Shown: positions 1 to 9,705 of the stretch, one piece after another
Numbering within the stretch: the first letter of the stretch is position 1
Layout of the letters: the number at the start of each line of letters is the position of its first letter
Source: Candidatus Gottesmanbacteria bacterium RIFCSPLOWO2_01_FULL_39_12b
GTDB lineage: Bacteria > Patescibacteriota > Microgenomatia > 2-02-FULL-39-11
Length of the DNA: 64,000 nucleotides
Assembly (NCBI GenBank): GCA_001780955.1
Contig: MFJR01000007.1
Span: 75,053 to 139,052 of the forward strand
Reading direction: 5' to 3'
Translations under genes and position numbers: made by a program
The notes under the pieces: generated by a model
Told to the model about the DNA's origin: nothing
What the model saw: only the letters and a program-made list of their open reading frames with translations
The model's database searches: none

Positions 1-250
1 TAGACCAGATTAAGAAATATGTAAATAAATATAAGAATCTGCAATTAATTGGTAGAAATGGAACTTTCCGCTATAACAATATGGATCATTCAATTGAGAT
101 GGGTTTATTTGCGGCTTGGAATATAATTTCTGGAGGCCATAAATATGATATCGAATCTGTCAATATCGAGAGAGAATATTTAGAAGAGAAAAAGATAGAA
201 AACGTCGAAGATGAAACACTAGAGGAATTAAATAATACCCAAACAGAATG
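1..250 (+). CDS. C-terminal fragment (5'-truncated by the window edge) of an FAD/NAD(P)-binding oxidoreductase, UDP-galactopyranose-mutase / amine-oxidase-like
   Basis: Frame 3 is open from position 3 to TGA at 248-250. It translates to ...LIGRNGTFRYNNMDHSIEMGLFAAW..., the G-R-x-G-x-F-x-Y-x-N-x-D C-terminal motif of Glf-type flavoenzymes. It resembles the C-terminus of the ORF at 51942-53291 (VGRFSYFEYINVD). The stop overlaps the next start (ATGA). Confidence 0.5.
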
Positions 251-1003
251 AAAACTAAACCAAGCTTTTTCTTAAAACACAAAGTAATTGTTGTTATGCC
301 TGCTTATAATGCAGAAAAGACATTAGAAAAGACGTATAACGATATCCCAAAAGACGTAGTAGATGAGGTTATAGTGGTGGATGATGATAGCCGGGATAAA
401 ACAGTCATTACGGCCAAACGATTAAATTTGAAAGTCATTGTTCATAAAAAAAACTTAGGATACGGAGGGAATCAAAAAACCTGCTACCGGGAAGCCCTAA
501 ATCTTGGGGCGGAAATCATAGTTATGATACATCCGGATTATCAGTATGATGCTAAATTAACTGGAGAACTTATCAAGCCAATTAAGGATAATCGTGTTGA
601 CATTATGTTAGGAAGTAGGATAAGAAGCAGAGCCGAAGCGTTAAAAGGAGGTATGCCTTTATATAAATATATAAGTAACAGATTTTTGACAGTAGTTGAA
701 AATATAATTCTGGGATTAAACTTATCTGAATACCATACTGGTTTTAGAGCGTATAGGAGAAATGTTTTAGAAACCTTACCTTTAAACGCTTTCTCTGATG
801 ATTTCGTGTTTGATCAGGAAATTCTTATTTCTGCTCATGCAAAAGGATTCAAAATGGGAGAAATCGCCGTACCCGTACGTTATTTTCCTGAAGCGTCATC
901 GATTAATTTTATTCGATCGCTTAGATACGGATTACAGATTATATATACCCTAGTTCTCTACCTTTTACATAATTTAGGTCTAAAGATTAATATATTCAAT
1001 TAA
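248..1003 (+). CDS. GT2 family glycosyltransferase (dolichol-/polyprenol-phosphate sugar transferase-like)
   Basis: VVMPAYNAEKTLEKT...VIVVDDDSRDKT: an N-terminal GT-A Rossmann with a DxD motif. 251 aa, full ORF. Confidence 0.85.
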   Translation: MKTKPSFFLKHKVIVVMPAYNAEKTLEKTYNDIPKDVVDEVIVVDDDSRDKTVITAKRLNLKVIVHKKNLGYGGNQKTCYREALNLGAEIIVMIHPDYQYDAKLTGELIKPIKDNRVDIMLGSRIRSRAEALKGGMPLYKYISNRFLTVVENIILGLNLSEYHTGFRAYRRNVLETLPLNAFSDDFVFDQEILISAHAKGFKMGEIAVPVRYFPEASSINFIRSLRYGLQIIYTLVLYLLHNLGLKINIFN

Positions 1004-1021
1004 ATTTGAGGTGAATAATCC

Positions 1022-2674
1022 TTGATGAAGAAAATTGACTGGCTGATTTTATTCTCCATAATCTTTATATCAGTTGTAGTATTGAAAGATTTGTTCAAAC
1101 CGGGAATGTATACCAGCCATGACGGAATCCATCAGGTGGTTCGCTTTTATTACTTCGATCAGGCATTGCGTGATGGGCAAATTCCTCCCCGATGGGCACA
1201 GGGACTGTTGAATGGTTTTGGCTACCCCTTGTTTATTTTTTCTTATCATTTACCTTGGTTTATAGCCGAATTTGTACATATATTTGGCTCTTCAATTATT
1301 GATAGTGTAAAGCTGACTTTTCTTATAGGGTTTATACTGTCCGGGATAACAATGTACTTAGTGCAAAAAGATATATTTGGCAGATTGCCTGCCATTGTCG
1401 GTACAACTCTCTATCTTTTTGCACCTTACAGATTTTCCAATATATTTGTCCGGGCAGCGATAGGAGACGCAACTACTTTTATTTTCGCCCCGCTGTTTTT
1501 CTGGGCAATATGGAAGTTGAAAGAGGATTGGAATTGGAAATGGGTAATTTTAGGAGGAGTAGCTGTTGCCGGTCTTATATTATCTCACGTCATGGTAGCG
1601 GTACTTTTCCTGGGTGCAATGTTTATCTATTTTTGTCTCTCATTATTCTATGTAAAAAATAAATTTGCATATTTTAAAAGTTTACTCGCTGTACTAATTT
1701 TGGGTGGAGGAATATCGGCATATTATTTGATCCCGTCTGTTCTAGAAAGAGAAAATACACAGTTTTATGCTCTTATGAGCCAGATTTTTCTCGGCTCATA
1801 TTTTCCGAATATTTCTGATTTGATTTACTCTAAATGGGGATATGGAGTATTCCACGCAAAAGAAGGCGCAATGTCGGTACAATTGGGTTTAACACAGTGG
1901 CTCGCGTTCATACTTACGGTGGTGGGGATATTTATATTGCCGTTATTATCCAAAAAACTATCGATAAAAAATAAAAAATTGTTAAGTGACGGAAAAAATA
2001 TTATTTTGGTATTTGCTTTTACTATTTTTATGATGTTAGATGTCTCACTACCAATTTGGAAGTTTGTTAGCGGAATAGTATTTATTGATTTTCCCTGGAG
2101 ATTTTTGGCCGTATCGACCTTTTTAGTATCTTTGTGTGCAGGATTGTTGGTATCTTTATCAGGCAAAGTAAAAACTGTTTTAGCAATTTTATTAATTCTT
2201 TCCGCAATTTATTTCAACCGTAATAATTTGCATATCAATCAATCGCTACCTTGGGATTTAGCGTTTATCTTGAAGCTTGAAAGAACTACCAATACTTACG
2301 ATGAATATACTCCAAAATGGGTTAAATCTGAGTTGGTAAAAGAAAACGCTCCGAGAGTAGAATTGTCTGATTTGAAGTCCACATTCAGTATAAATAAAAA
2401 TACCACAAATAAATTAGATTTATCCATCAGTTCACCATCGGGAGGCAATTTGTTTGTCAACACAATCTATTATCCAGGTTGGGAAGCGACAATAAATGGA
2501 GTCAAAAGCAAAATCAGTTATGATAATGGTTTCATAAAATTGCCTCTGGTAAAGGGTGAGTCAAAAGTAGAGTTACGCTTTCAAGAGACGCCTTTGAGAG
2601 TCTTTAGTGATATTTTATCGATTTTAAGTATTTTTGTGGTTATTGTAGGGTTGATTAAACTGAGAAAACTATGA
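1022..2674 (+). CDS. Polytopic integral membrane protein, putative GT-C-fold glycosyltransferase
   Basis: 550 aa with about 12 hydrophobic segments. A conserved loop SHDGIHQVVRFYYFDQALRDGQIPPRWAQGLLNGFGYPLF follows TM1. It has a C-terminal soluble region. GAGGTG RBS-like sequence at ~1005. Family not identified. Confidence 0.5.
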   Translation: MMKKIDWLILFSIIFISVVVLKDLFKPGMYTSHDGIHQVVRFYYFDQALRDGQIPPRWAQGLLNGFGYPLFIFSYHLPWFIAEFVHIFGSSIIDSVKLTFLIGFILSGITMYLVQKDIFGRLPAIVGTTLYLFAPYRFSNIFVRAAIGDATTFIFAPLFFWAIWKLKEDWNWKWVILGGVAVAGLILSHVMVAVLFLGAMFIYFCLSLFYVKNKFAYFKSLLAVLILGGGISAYYLIPSVLERENTQFYALMSQIFLGSYFPNISDLIYSKWGYGVFHAKEGAMSVQLGLTQWLAFILTVVGIFILPLLSKKLSIKNKKLLSDGKNIILVFAFTIFMMLDVSLPIWKFVSGIVFIDFPWRFLAVSTFLVSLCAGLLVSLSGKVKTVLAILLILSAIYFNRNNLHINQSLPWDLAFILKLERTTNTYDEYTPKWVKSELVKENAPRVELSDLKSTFSINKNTTNKLDLSISSPSGGNLFVNTIYYPGWEATINGVKSKISYDNGFIKLPLVKGESKVELRFQETPLRVFSDILSILSIFVVIVGLIKLRKL

Positions 2675-3444
2675 ATAGGATTTCTTTGGCTATAGCTACA
2701 TTTAATGAGGAAGAAAATATTGGAAAATGTTTGGAAAGCGTTGCTGATTGGGTTGATGAAATTGTGGTAGTGGACGGATCATCTACAGATAGAACTGTTG
2801 AGATTTCCAATAAATATAAAGCCAAAGTTAAAGTGGTTGATAATCCACCTAATTTTCATTTAAACAAACAAAAAGCCATTGATTTTTGCAGTGGAGAATG
2901 GATACTTCAATTGGATGCGGATGAAGTTGTTTCTGAAGAATTAAAAAATGAAATACTTTCGGTTATAAACCCACAACCGATTAATGGTTATTGGATTCCC
3001 AGACAAAATTATTTCTTGGGAAAATTCTTAAGTAAGGGTGGTCAGTATCCAGATTACACTCTTAGACTTTATAGAAGAGGAAAAGGAAAGTTACCTTGTA
3101 AGAGCGTGCATGAACAAGCACAAGTAGAGGGTGAAGTCGGGTATCTAAAAAATCCGCTTTTGCATTATCCCTATCCTGATTTTACCCATTACCTTGAACA
3201 TTTTAATAGATATACTGATATTTTTGCAGAAGAATTGCGAGTGCAGAATCTGAAAATATCGATAATTCAGACTTTGAATTATCTATTGTTTAAACCTGCA
3301 TTTTGGTTTCTGAAAACTTATTTCAGGCATAAAGGATTTATGGATGGGTTTGCCGGTTTCCTATTCAGTTTTTTTTCGGCACTTCGATTTCCAGTCGCCT
3401 ATTTTAAATATGGGAAAAAATTAATTCGTAAATCGAAATTATAA
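2671..3444 (+). CDS. GT2 family glycosyltransferase
   Basis: ISLAIATFNEEENIGKCLESV...IVVVDGSSTDRT...LQLDADE. ATGA overlap with the upstream gene. Confidence 0.85.
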   Translation: MNRISLAIATFNEEENIGKCLESVADWVDEIVVVDGSSTDRTVEISNKYKAKVKVVDNPPNFHLNKQKAIDFCSGEWILQLDADEVVSEELKNEILSVINPQPINGYWIPRQNYFLGKFLSKGGQYPDYTLRLYRRGKGKLPCKSVHEQAQVEGEVGYLKNPLLHYPYPDFTHYLEHFNRYTDIFAEELRVQNLKISIIQTLNYLLFKPAFWFLKTYFRHKGFMDGFAGFLFSFFSALRFPVAYFKYGKKLIRKSKL

Positions 3445-4490
3445 TGAAACAAATTAAAATAGCTTTGGTTAATCCGCCACTGCCTGGTCATAAGCAAAGG
3501 GGAACCGGAACATACCTTGAGGAATTAATTAAAGCCTTAAATAAGTGCACAGAAATAGAGGTTACTTTGGTCAGGATCAATTCTGATATATCGAAATTTG
3601 ATTTAGTACATTATCCCTATTACGATCCATTTTTTTTAACTCTTCCGCTTATTAAGATCAAGCCAACAGTTGTAACAGTCCATGATATGATTCCCCTTAA
3701 ATTTCCAAATTATTTCCAGAAAGGTTTGAGAGGAGAAATAAAGTGGTTAATCCAAAGACAATCATTAAAAGGAGCAAAAACCATAATCACTGATTCTTAT
3801 GCATCAAAAAAAGACATCGTGAAGTTTACCGCGATTAGTGAGGAGAAAATCAATGTAATTTATCTGGGAGTAAGAGAGGAATTTAAAGTCATCAGTTCTC
3901 AGAAGGAATTGGATGAAGTGAGAGTGAAATACAGCTTGCCGTCAAGTTTTATCCTGTATGTAGGCGACGTAAATTACAATAAAAATATTCCCGGTATTAT
4001 TAAGTCATTCCTTTCTGCTACCCAAAAATTCGAAAATATTTATCTGGTTTTGGTAGGAAATGGTTTTATAAATAATTCTATCCAATTATCAGATATTAAT
4101 AATTTAATTTCTAAACTTCGATTGGAAGAAAAAGTGATAAAACTGGGTTTTATCGATCTCTCTGATCTAGCGGGAATATATAATCTGGCCAAAGTCTATC
4201 TGCAACCCTCTTTTGCTGAGGGGTTCGGTTTACCCATACTTGAAGCAATGGCATGCGGATGTCCTGTAGTGACAACTAATACGTCAAGCCTGCCGGAATT
4301 AACAGGAGAAGCGGCAATAAAATTAGATCCAAAAAATTATCAAACACTGGCTAGATCTATCATTGAACTTATTGAAAATGCTTCATTAAGGGATCAATTA
4401 ATAAAAAAAGGTATTGAGCGAGCCAAAAAATTCAGTTGGGATAAGTGCTCTCAGGAAACAATTAAAGCGTACAAAAAGGCCTTAGAATGA
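3444..4490 (+). CDS. GT4 family (GT-B) glycosyltransferase
   Basis: C-terminal EX7E region FAEGFGLPILEAMACGCPVVTT. 348 aa. Confidence 0.85.
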   Translation: MKQIKIALVNPPLPGHKQRGTGTYLEELIKALNKCTEIEVTLVRINSDISKFDLVHYPYYDPFFLTLPLIKIKPTVVTVHDMIPLKFPNYFQKGLRGEIKWLIQRQSLKGAKTIITDSYASKKDIVKFTAISEEKINVIYLGVREEFKVISSQKELDEVRVKYSLPSSFILYVGDVNYNKNIPGIIKSFLSATQKFENIYLVLVGNGFINNSIQLSDINNLISKLRLEEKVIKLGFIDLSDLAGIYNLAKVYLQPSFAEGFGLPILEAMACGCPVVTTNTSSLPELTGEAAIKLDPKNYQTLARSIIELIENASLRDQLIKKGIERAKKFSWDKCSQETIKAYKKALE

Positions 4491-5650
4491 ATATATTTAT
4501 AATCTCTATTTTTTTCTTTTGGAGAGTATTTCTTTTTTTTGTAGCCTGGACAGGCGAGAAATTTCTCCCATTTTCCCCAAGATTTCCTTATTCAGATATA
4601 TTGCTCATAACGTCCCATCTGCCTAGTTGGTTATGGTCTTTTGCTAATTTTGACGGTGTGCATTATTTAACAATTGCTAAATCGTCCTATTCAGCCCAGT
4701 TTACACAGGTTTTTTTCCCGCTCTATCCTATCCTTGTTGGAATCATATCGAAACTATTCCCTATCTTGAATTTAATTACGGTCGGCTTGATCGTATCAAA
4801 TCTATCCTTTTTTTTGAGTTTAGAAATCTTTTTTAAACTATTAAAACTTGATTATAAAAAGAGTGACATAAAAATTATCTTATTATTTCTAATCAGTTTC
4901 CCAACCTCTTTTTACTTTGGGAGTTTTTATTCCGAAAGCGTTTTCTTATTTTTTATTCTTTGTTCTTTTTATCTCGCTCGTACAAAAAGATGGTGGTTGT
5001 CTGGATTTTTTGGCGCGGCCGCGTCTGCTACAAGACTAGTTGGGATATTTTTACTGCCGGCCTTACTTTGGGAATGGCATCAAAACGAATTCAAAGTTAA
5101 AAGTTCAAAATATAAAGTTTCCAATTTCCATTCTCTATTATCTATTTTCCGTTCTCCAATTACATATCTAGTTCCTCTTGGATTAATAATATATATGCTT
5201 TATTTGCAGATTAATTTCGGAGACTTTCTATATTTCTGGCATTCTCAACCGATTTTTGGGGCAGAAAGAAGTGGGAGTTCAATCATATTACTTCCTCAAG
5301 TAATCGTAAGATATATAAGGATTTTAATATTAGTAGACTACACTCAGGAGATATATTGGATTGCACTTTTAGAACTATTGATAACTGTTTTTGCTTTTAC
5401 CGCGCTTATCATCGGACATATTAGAAAAGTTAGGCTATCATATCTAATTTTTTCCTGGTTGACAGTACTGACCCCTACACTTACCGGTACGTTTTCTAGT
5501 ATGCCTAGGTATGTACTGCTAGCGTTACCGATGTATATCGTTTTAGGATTGATAAAGAACAGATTATCAAAAATATGTATTTTAGCCGTTTTTATTAGTT
5601 TGCTTCTTTTTCTGACCGTATTATTTACTAGAGGTCATTGGGTGGGTTAA
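4487..5650 (+). CDS. Polytopic membrane protein, putative GT-C mannosyltransferase-like (PIG-V/DUF2029-like)
   Basis: 387 aa, about 10 TM segments, FFPLYPILVG motif, conserved R/W-rich loops. Family assignment is tentative. Confidence 0.4.
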   Translation: MNIFIISIFFFWRVFLFFVAWTGEKFLPFSPRFPYSDILLITSHLPSWLWSFANFDGVHYLTIAKSSYSAQFTQVFFPLYPILVGIISKLFPILNLITVGLIVSNLSFFLSLEIFFKLLKLDYKKSDIKIILLFLISFPTSFYFGSFYSESVFLFFILCSFYLARTKRWWLSGFFGAAASATRLVGIFLLPALLWEWHQNEFKVKSSKYKVSNFHSLLSIFRSPITYLVPLGLIIYMLYLQINFGDFLYFWHSQPIFGAERSGSSIILLPQVIVRYIRILILVDYTQEIYWIALLELLITVFAFTALIIGHIRKVRLSYLIFSWLTVLTPTLTGTFSSMPRYVLLALPMYIVLGLIKNRLSKICILAVFISLLLFLTVLFTRGHWVG

Positions 5651-5678
5651 AGATCAATAAATTTGTTATAATCATCCT

Positions 5679-6461
5679 ATGTTTAAAGATATAGTAGTTT
5701 TTTTGCGCTATAAGGATTTGTTAATTAATCTGACAGAGAGAGAAATTAAAGCTCGCTATAAACAGTCCATACTGGGCTATTTTTGGGTTATTCTTAACCC
5801 TTTTTTGCAAATGCTGGTAATGACTTTTATCTTTTCTATTGTTATGAAAGTACCCTCATTAGGAGTACCTTACCCAATATTTTTATATGTAGCTCTCCTA
5901 CCATGGAACTTTTTTTCCAACTCGCTTTCTTCTTCAATGAATAGTTTGGTTGCAAATAGTTCATTGATTACAAAAATATATTTCCCAAGGGAAATCTTGG
6001 TTTACTCTACGGTTTTTGCGAAAGTAATCGATCTTATACTGGCAGTATCTATACTTGTGATATTTATGATAATTTATAGAATACCAGTTTCAACTAGAAT
6101 TCTATGGGTCCCGGTTATATTTATAATCCAACTTATTTTTACCACCGGCCTCTCTCTGATACTGTCAACTTTTAATCTATTTTACAGAGATATACAGTAT
6201 TTAGTAAGTTTAATGTTAATGTTATGGATGTATTTAACACCCGTAATCTATCCGGTTGAAATAATTCCAAACGAATACAGATTCATTCTCTCCTTAAACC
6301 CTATGGCTGTATTTGTTAATGCATATAGACAGGTTATTCTAGGCGGCGGCGATCCAAACCTTAATAGTTTAATAATAGGTGTGATTGTATCTTTATTTGT
6401 TTTCCTGGCAGGATTTTCGATATTCAAGAAATTAGAGGGAATTTTTTCTGATGTAGTTTAA
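5679..6461 (+). CDS. ABC-2 type polysaccharide/teichoic-acid export permease (Wzm/TagG/KpsM-like)
   Basis: 260 aa, 6 TM. N-terminal LTEREIKARYKQSILGYFWVILNPFLQM is the classic ABC-2 signature. It lies immediately upstream of the ATPase. Confidence 0.85.
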   Translation: MFKDIVVFLRYKDLLINLTEREIKARYKQSILGYFWVILNPFLQMLVMTFIFSIVMKVPSLGVPYPIFLYVALLPWNFFSNSLSSSMNSLVANSSLITKIYFPREILVYSTVFAKVIDLILAVSILVIFMIIYRIPVSTRILWVPVIFIIQLIFTTGLSLILSTFNLFYRDIQYLVSLMLMLWMYLTPVIYPVEIIPNEYRFILSLNPMAVFVNAYRQVILGGGDPNLNSLIIGVIVSLFVFLAGFSIFKKLEGIFSDVV

Positions 6462-6465
6462 ATTT

Positions 6466-7215
6466 ATGGATAATAATCAGTCAAATCATACTCAAGTACT
6501 TAATATTAATAGAGTTTCTAAAAAATATTTCCTTCAGAAGCAGAAAACTTTTAAAGAATTCTTACCCTCATTAGTGTTAGGAGGTACTTGGGCTAAGGAT
6601 TTTTGGGCTTTGAAGTCAATCAATATCTCCCTAAACAAAGGAGATTCATTAGCGGTGGTTGGTAAAAACGGCGCTGGTAAATCTACACTGTTAAAACTTA
6701 TTGCCGGCGTTACCTCTCCGACTGTAGGTAAAATTATGGTTAAGGGCCGTGTAGCTCCCCTGATTGAATTGGGTGCAGGTTTTCACCCTGAACTGACGGG
6801 AAAAGAGAATATCTATCTGAATGGGTCGATTTTGGGTATGAAAAGGGGCGAAATTGACAAAAAATATCATGAGATCGTTGAGTTTTCAGAACTGCGAGAG
6901 TTTATAGATCAACCGATCAAGCATTATTCTTCTGGAATGTATATGAGGTTAGCCTTTTCAGTGGCCATTGCGGAAATGCCGGAAATACTGCTTATCGATG
7001 AAATCTTTGCGGTTGGGGATGCTGATTTTCAAAAAAAATGTCTTGACAAATTGAAAGAATTTCAAAAGAACAAAGTTTGCATGATTATTGTTAGTCATTC
7101 CCTTGAACAAATAAAGAATTTTTGCAATTTGGGTATGGTTCTTAGGAAAGGTGAGCAGGTATTTTTCGGTGAGATTAATCAGGCAATTGAGACTTATAAG
7201 AAGTTATTAGATTAA
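6466..7215 (+). CDS. ABC transporter ATP-binding protein (Wzt/TagH/KpsT-like), short form without C-terminal carbohydrate-binding domain
   Basis: Walker A GKNGAGKST, ABC signature YSSGMYMRLAFS, Walker B ILLIDE, H-loop IVSH. 249 aa. Confidence 0.9.
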   Translation: MDNNQSNHTQVLNINRVSKKYFLQKQKTFKEFLPSLVLGGTWAKDFWALKSINISLNKGDSLAVVGKNGAGKSTLLKLIAGVTSPTVGKIMVKGRVAPLIELGAGFHPELTGKENIYLNGSILGMKRGEIDKKYHEIVEFSELREFIDQPIKHYSSGMYMRLAFSVAIAEMPEILLIDEIFAVGDADFQKKCLDKLKEFQKNKVCMIIVSHSLEQIKNFCNLGMVLRKGEQVFFGEINQAIETYKKLLD

Positions 7216-7218
7216 CTT

Positions 7219-8571
7219 ATGAATATAGCCTTTGATATTAGTCCTTTAATTTCGGCATCAGGATCATTTGGGGATAAATCTGGGGTATATCGGTACACTT
7301 ACGGTCTAATTTCTAGTCTGAGTAGTCTCCTATTAAGGATAGATAAAAAGTCGAAAATCTTCTTATTTTCTTTTAATCGCGATCTTCTGACCTATCCTTT
7401 AAATCCAGATATCTTGCAAGTCTTATCCGCTAGAAATATTACTTTTTTTAAAAAAGTCCCCAAATTTAAATTAGATGAATCAGGCGACTTTTTCACAGAT
7501 AGCTACGTTTTCAAATCTATCCATACTCTTGTAAAAAACCTATTTAAGTTGAATATGAAATCTATGTATGAAAATTACATCAATAACATCCGTTTTAAAA
7601 AATATATTAAGTTTTTACGAAACGAGTTTGCTAGACTAAAAATAAATATAATCTATCATTCAGAGACCGCTTTTTATCCATTACAAGAGTATATTAATGT
7701 TATGACAATATATGATTTAACTCCAATTATTTCTCCTGAAATGCATAGAGATGAAAATATTGACCTGCAAAAAAGAAAGCTTAAATTCGCCAGTAAATAC
7801 TGTCAGGGAATAGTTTGCATCAGTAAATCAACAAAAAACGATTTGCTTAGAAATTCAAACATCTGGAAAAATAAAAAAATTATTGTGGCTTATCCCGGAT
7901 TAGATCAGGTATTTGCTAATGCATCAAAAAAACCGGTAGATTCAAACAAACTATTTCGCAATCTTAATTTGATTATTAAGTCAAGAAACCAAAAAATCCA
8001 AAAAAATAAATATTTACTATACTATGGAACTTTTGAACCTCGTAAGAACTTAATTTATCTGATTAAAGCCTTTATAAATTTACAAAACGAAAGAGAAATT
8101 CCGTCTAATTATAAGTTGATATTAATTGGAGGAGAAGGATGGGGAGGAGTGAAAGGATCGATAAATAATTATATTGACGAACAATTTCCAATTGACAAGG
8201 ATAAAAATATCATATTATTGGATTATTTAAGTGATAAATACGTGATCGAATTCATCAAAAATTCATACTGTGTCATATATCCCAGTTTGTATGAAGGATT
8301 TGGCTTGCCTGTTCTGGAAAGTATGTCGTTAGGAAAGGCGGTAATTTGTTCTGATAATTCATCTTTGCCTGAAGTAGGAAATAGATCAGTTTTATACGTT
8401 GACGCTTCGGATTATTATGATATTAAGCAAAAAATAAAATACCTGATCAATAATCCAGAGATTGCTAAATCAATGGGTCTTGAAGGGATGGAACAAAGTA
8501 ACAAGTTCAGGTGGGAAAAAACGGCAATAAAAGTATATAAATTTCTTACTGAGTTAAGTAATGAATATTAG
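7219..8571 (+). CDS. GT4 family glycosyltransferase
   Basis: YEGFGLPVLESMSLGKAVICSDNSSLPEV in a 450 aa GT-B. Confidence 0.8.
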   Translation: MNIAFDISPLISASGSFGDKSGVYRYTYGLISSLSSLLLRIDKKSKIFLFSFNRDLLTYPLNPDILQVLSARNITFFKKVPKFKLDESGDFFTDSYVFKSIHTLVKNLFKLNMKSMYENYINNIRFKKYIKFLRNEFARLKINIIYHSETAFYPLQEYINVMTIYDLTPIISPEMHRDENIDLQKRKLKFASKYCQGIVCISKSTKNDLLRNSNIWKNKKIIVAYPGLDQVFANASKKPVDSNKLFRNLNLIIKSRNQKIQKNKYLLYYGTFEPRKNLIYLIKAFINLQNEREIPSNYKLILIGGEGWGGVKGSINNYIDEQFPIDKDKNIILLDYLSDKYVIEFIKNSYCVIYPSLYEGFGLPVLESMSLGKAVICSDNSSLPEVGNRSVLYVDASDYYDIKQKIKYLINNPEIAKSMGLEGMEQSNKFRWEKTAIKVYKFLTELSNEY

Positions 8572-8583
8572 CTTATAATCGCG

Positions 8584-9705
8584 ATGAAGATAGGAATTGA
8601 TATCAGCATGCTGGCATACACAGGAAGTGGGGTAGCAACATACACCTATAACTTAGCAAAGAACTTGCTAATATATGATAAGAAAAATGAATATATTCTC
8701 TTCTACAGCTCATTTAGAAAGCCAAGGGGTTTTTATTACCTGATAGAATTGGAGAGACTGGGAGGGAAAATAATTAACCTCATCCTTCCGCATACATTTC
8801 TCAAATTATGCTGGAATAAATTTAGTTTGCTTCCTGTTGAGCGCTTTATAGGTAAAGTCGACGTTTTTCATTCTTCTGATTATCTTAGACCACCTTTATT
8901 TAAGAATACTTTAGGAATTACGACGATTCATGATCTGACCTGGAAAATATTCCCTGAATTTCATACCAAAGAAATAATAGAAGCTCATGAAAATAAACTG
9001 GAAAAGACAGTAATCTTTGGTGATATAATTATCGTTGATTCTTATAACACTAAAAAAGATCTTATTAAATATTATCCTCAATTGCACCCAAAAAATATTT
9101 TCGTTATCTATCCCGGAGTCGATAATAAGTTTAAACCCATTAAAGATGAGCAGTTAGTAAAAAAGAAATTGACTAAGTATGGTATTGATACCAGAAATAG
9201 ATTTTTGCTCTATGTTGGAGCAATAGAACCGCGTAAAAATTTAGTTACCGCCATAAAGTTATATTACGAGTTGATAAAAGACAGAAGCTATTCCGATTTT
9301 AATTTTATTATAGTCGGCCGGGCTGGTTGGAAAAACGAAGAGGTTTTCCAAACAATCAATAATTTAAAATTAACTGATAAAGTGAAGATTATTGGCTTTG
9401 TTGAGGATCAAGATCTGCCATATATTTATAACGCGGCGCAGGTTTTTATTTATCTATCAAAATACGAAGGATTTGGATTGCCGCCTCTGGAAGCAGGCAA
9501 ATGCGGGATTCCTTCCCTGATTTACCTTAATTCTTCGCTTCAGGAAATTTTTCCTTCCGATTATCCGTTTGCCCAAAAAGGTAGCGAATTGGAAACTTTA
9601 ATTGATTTAATTAAAATACGGTACAAACCGTATCAAAAACATTTGGAAAAATTTAGCTGGAAATCTTACTGCGATATATATCTAGATATCGTCAAAAGTC
9701 ATTGA
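8584..9705 (+). CDS. GT4 family glycosyltransferase
   Basis: YEGFGLPPLEAGKCGIPS plus an N-terminal GT-B domain. Its 3' end overlaps the convergent gene by 7 bp. Confidence 0.8.
   Translation: MKIGIDISMLAYTGSGVATYTYNLAKNLLIYDKKNEYILFYSSFRKPRGFYYLIELERLGGKIINLILPHTFLKLCWNKFSLLPVERFIGKVDVFHSSDYLRPPLFKNTLGITTIHDLTWKIFPEFHTKEIIEAHENKLEKTVIFGDIIIVDSYNTKKDLIKYYPQLHPKNIFVIYPGVDNKFKPIKDEQLVKKKLTKYGIDTRNRFLLYVGAIEPRKNLVTAIKLYYELIKDRSYSDFNFIIVGRAGWKNEEVFQTINNLKLTDKVKIIGFVEDQDLPYIYNAAQVFIYLSKYEGFGLPPLEAGKCGIPSLIYLNSSLQEIFPSDYPFAQKGSELETLIDLIKIRYKPYQKHLEKFSWKSYCDIYLDIVKSH

Noticed and set aside
1825-2166. 113-aa antisense ORF inside the 1022-2674 membrane-protein gene (and many similar 60-134 aa ORFs, e.g. 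14321-14605, 15211-15396, 16007-16270, 17037-17321, 17797-18201, 18456-18740, 18905-19150, 24033-24290)
   Set aside because: They are fully embedded antisense in long, well-supported CDSs. They have low-complexity or K/R/N-rich compositions typical of AT-rich antisense frames. None carries a recognisable motif.
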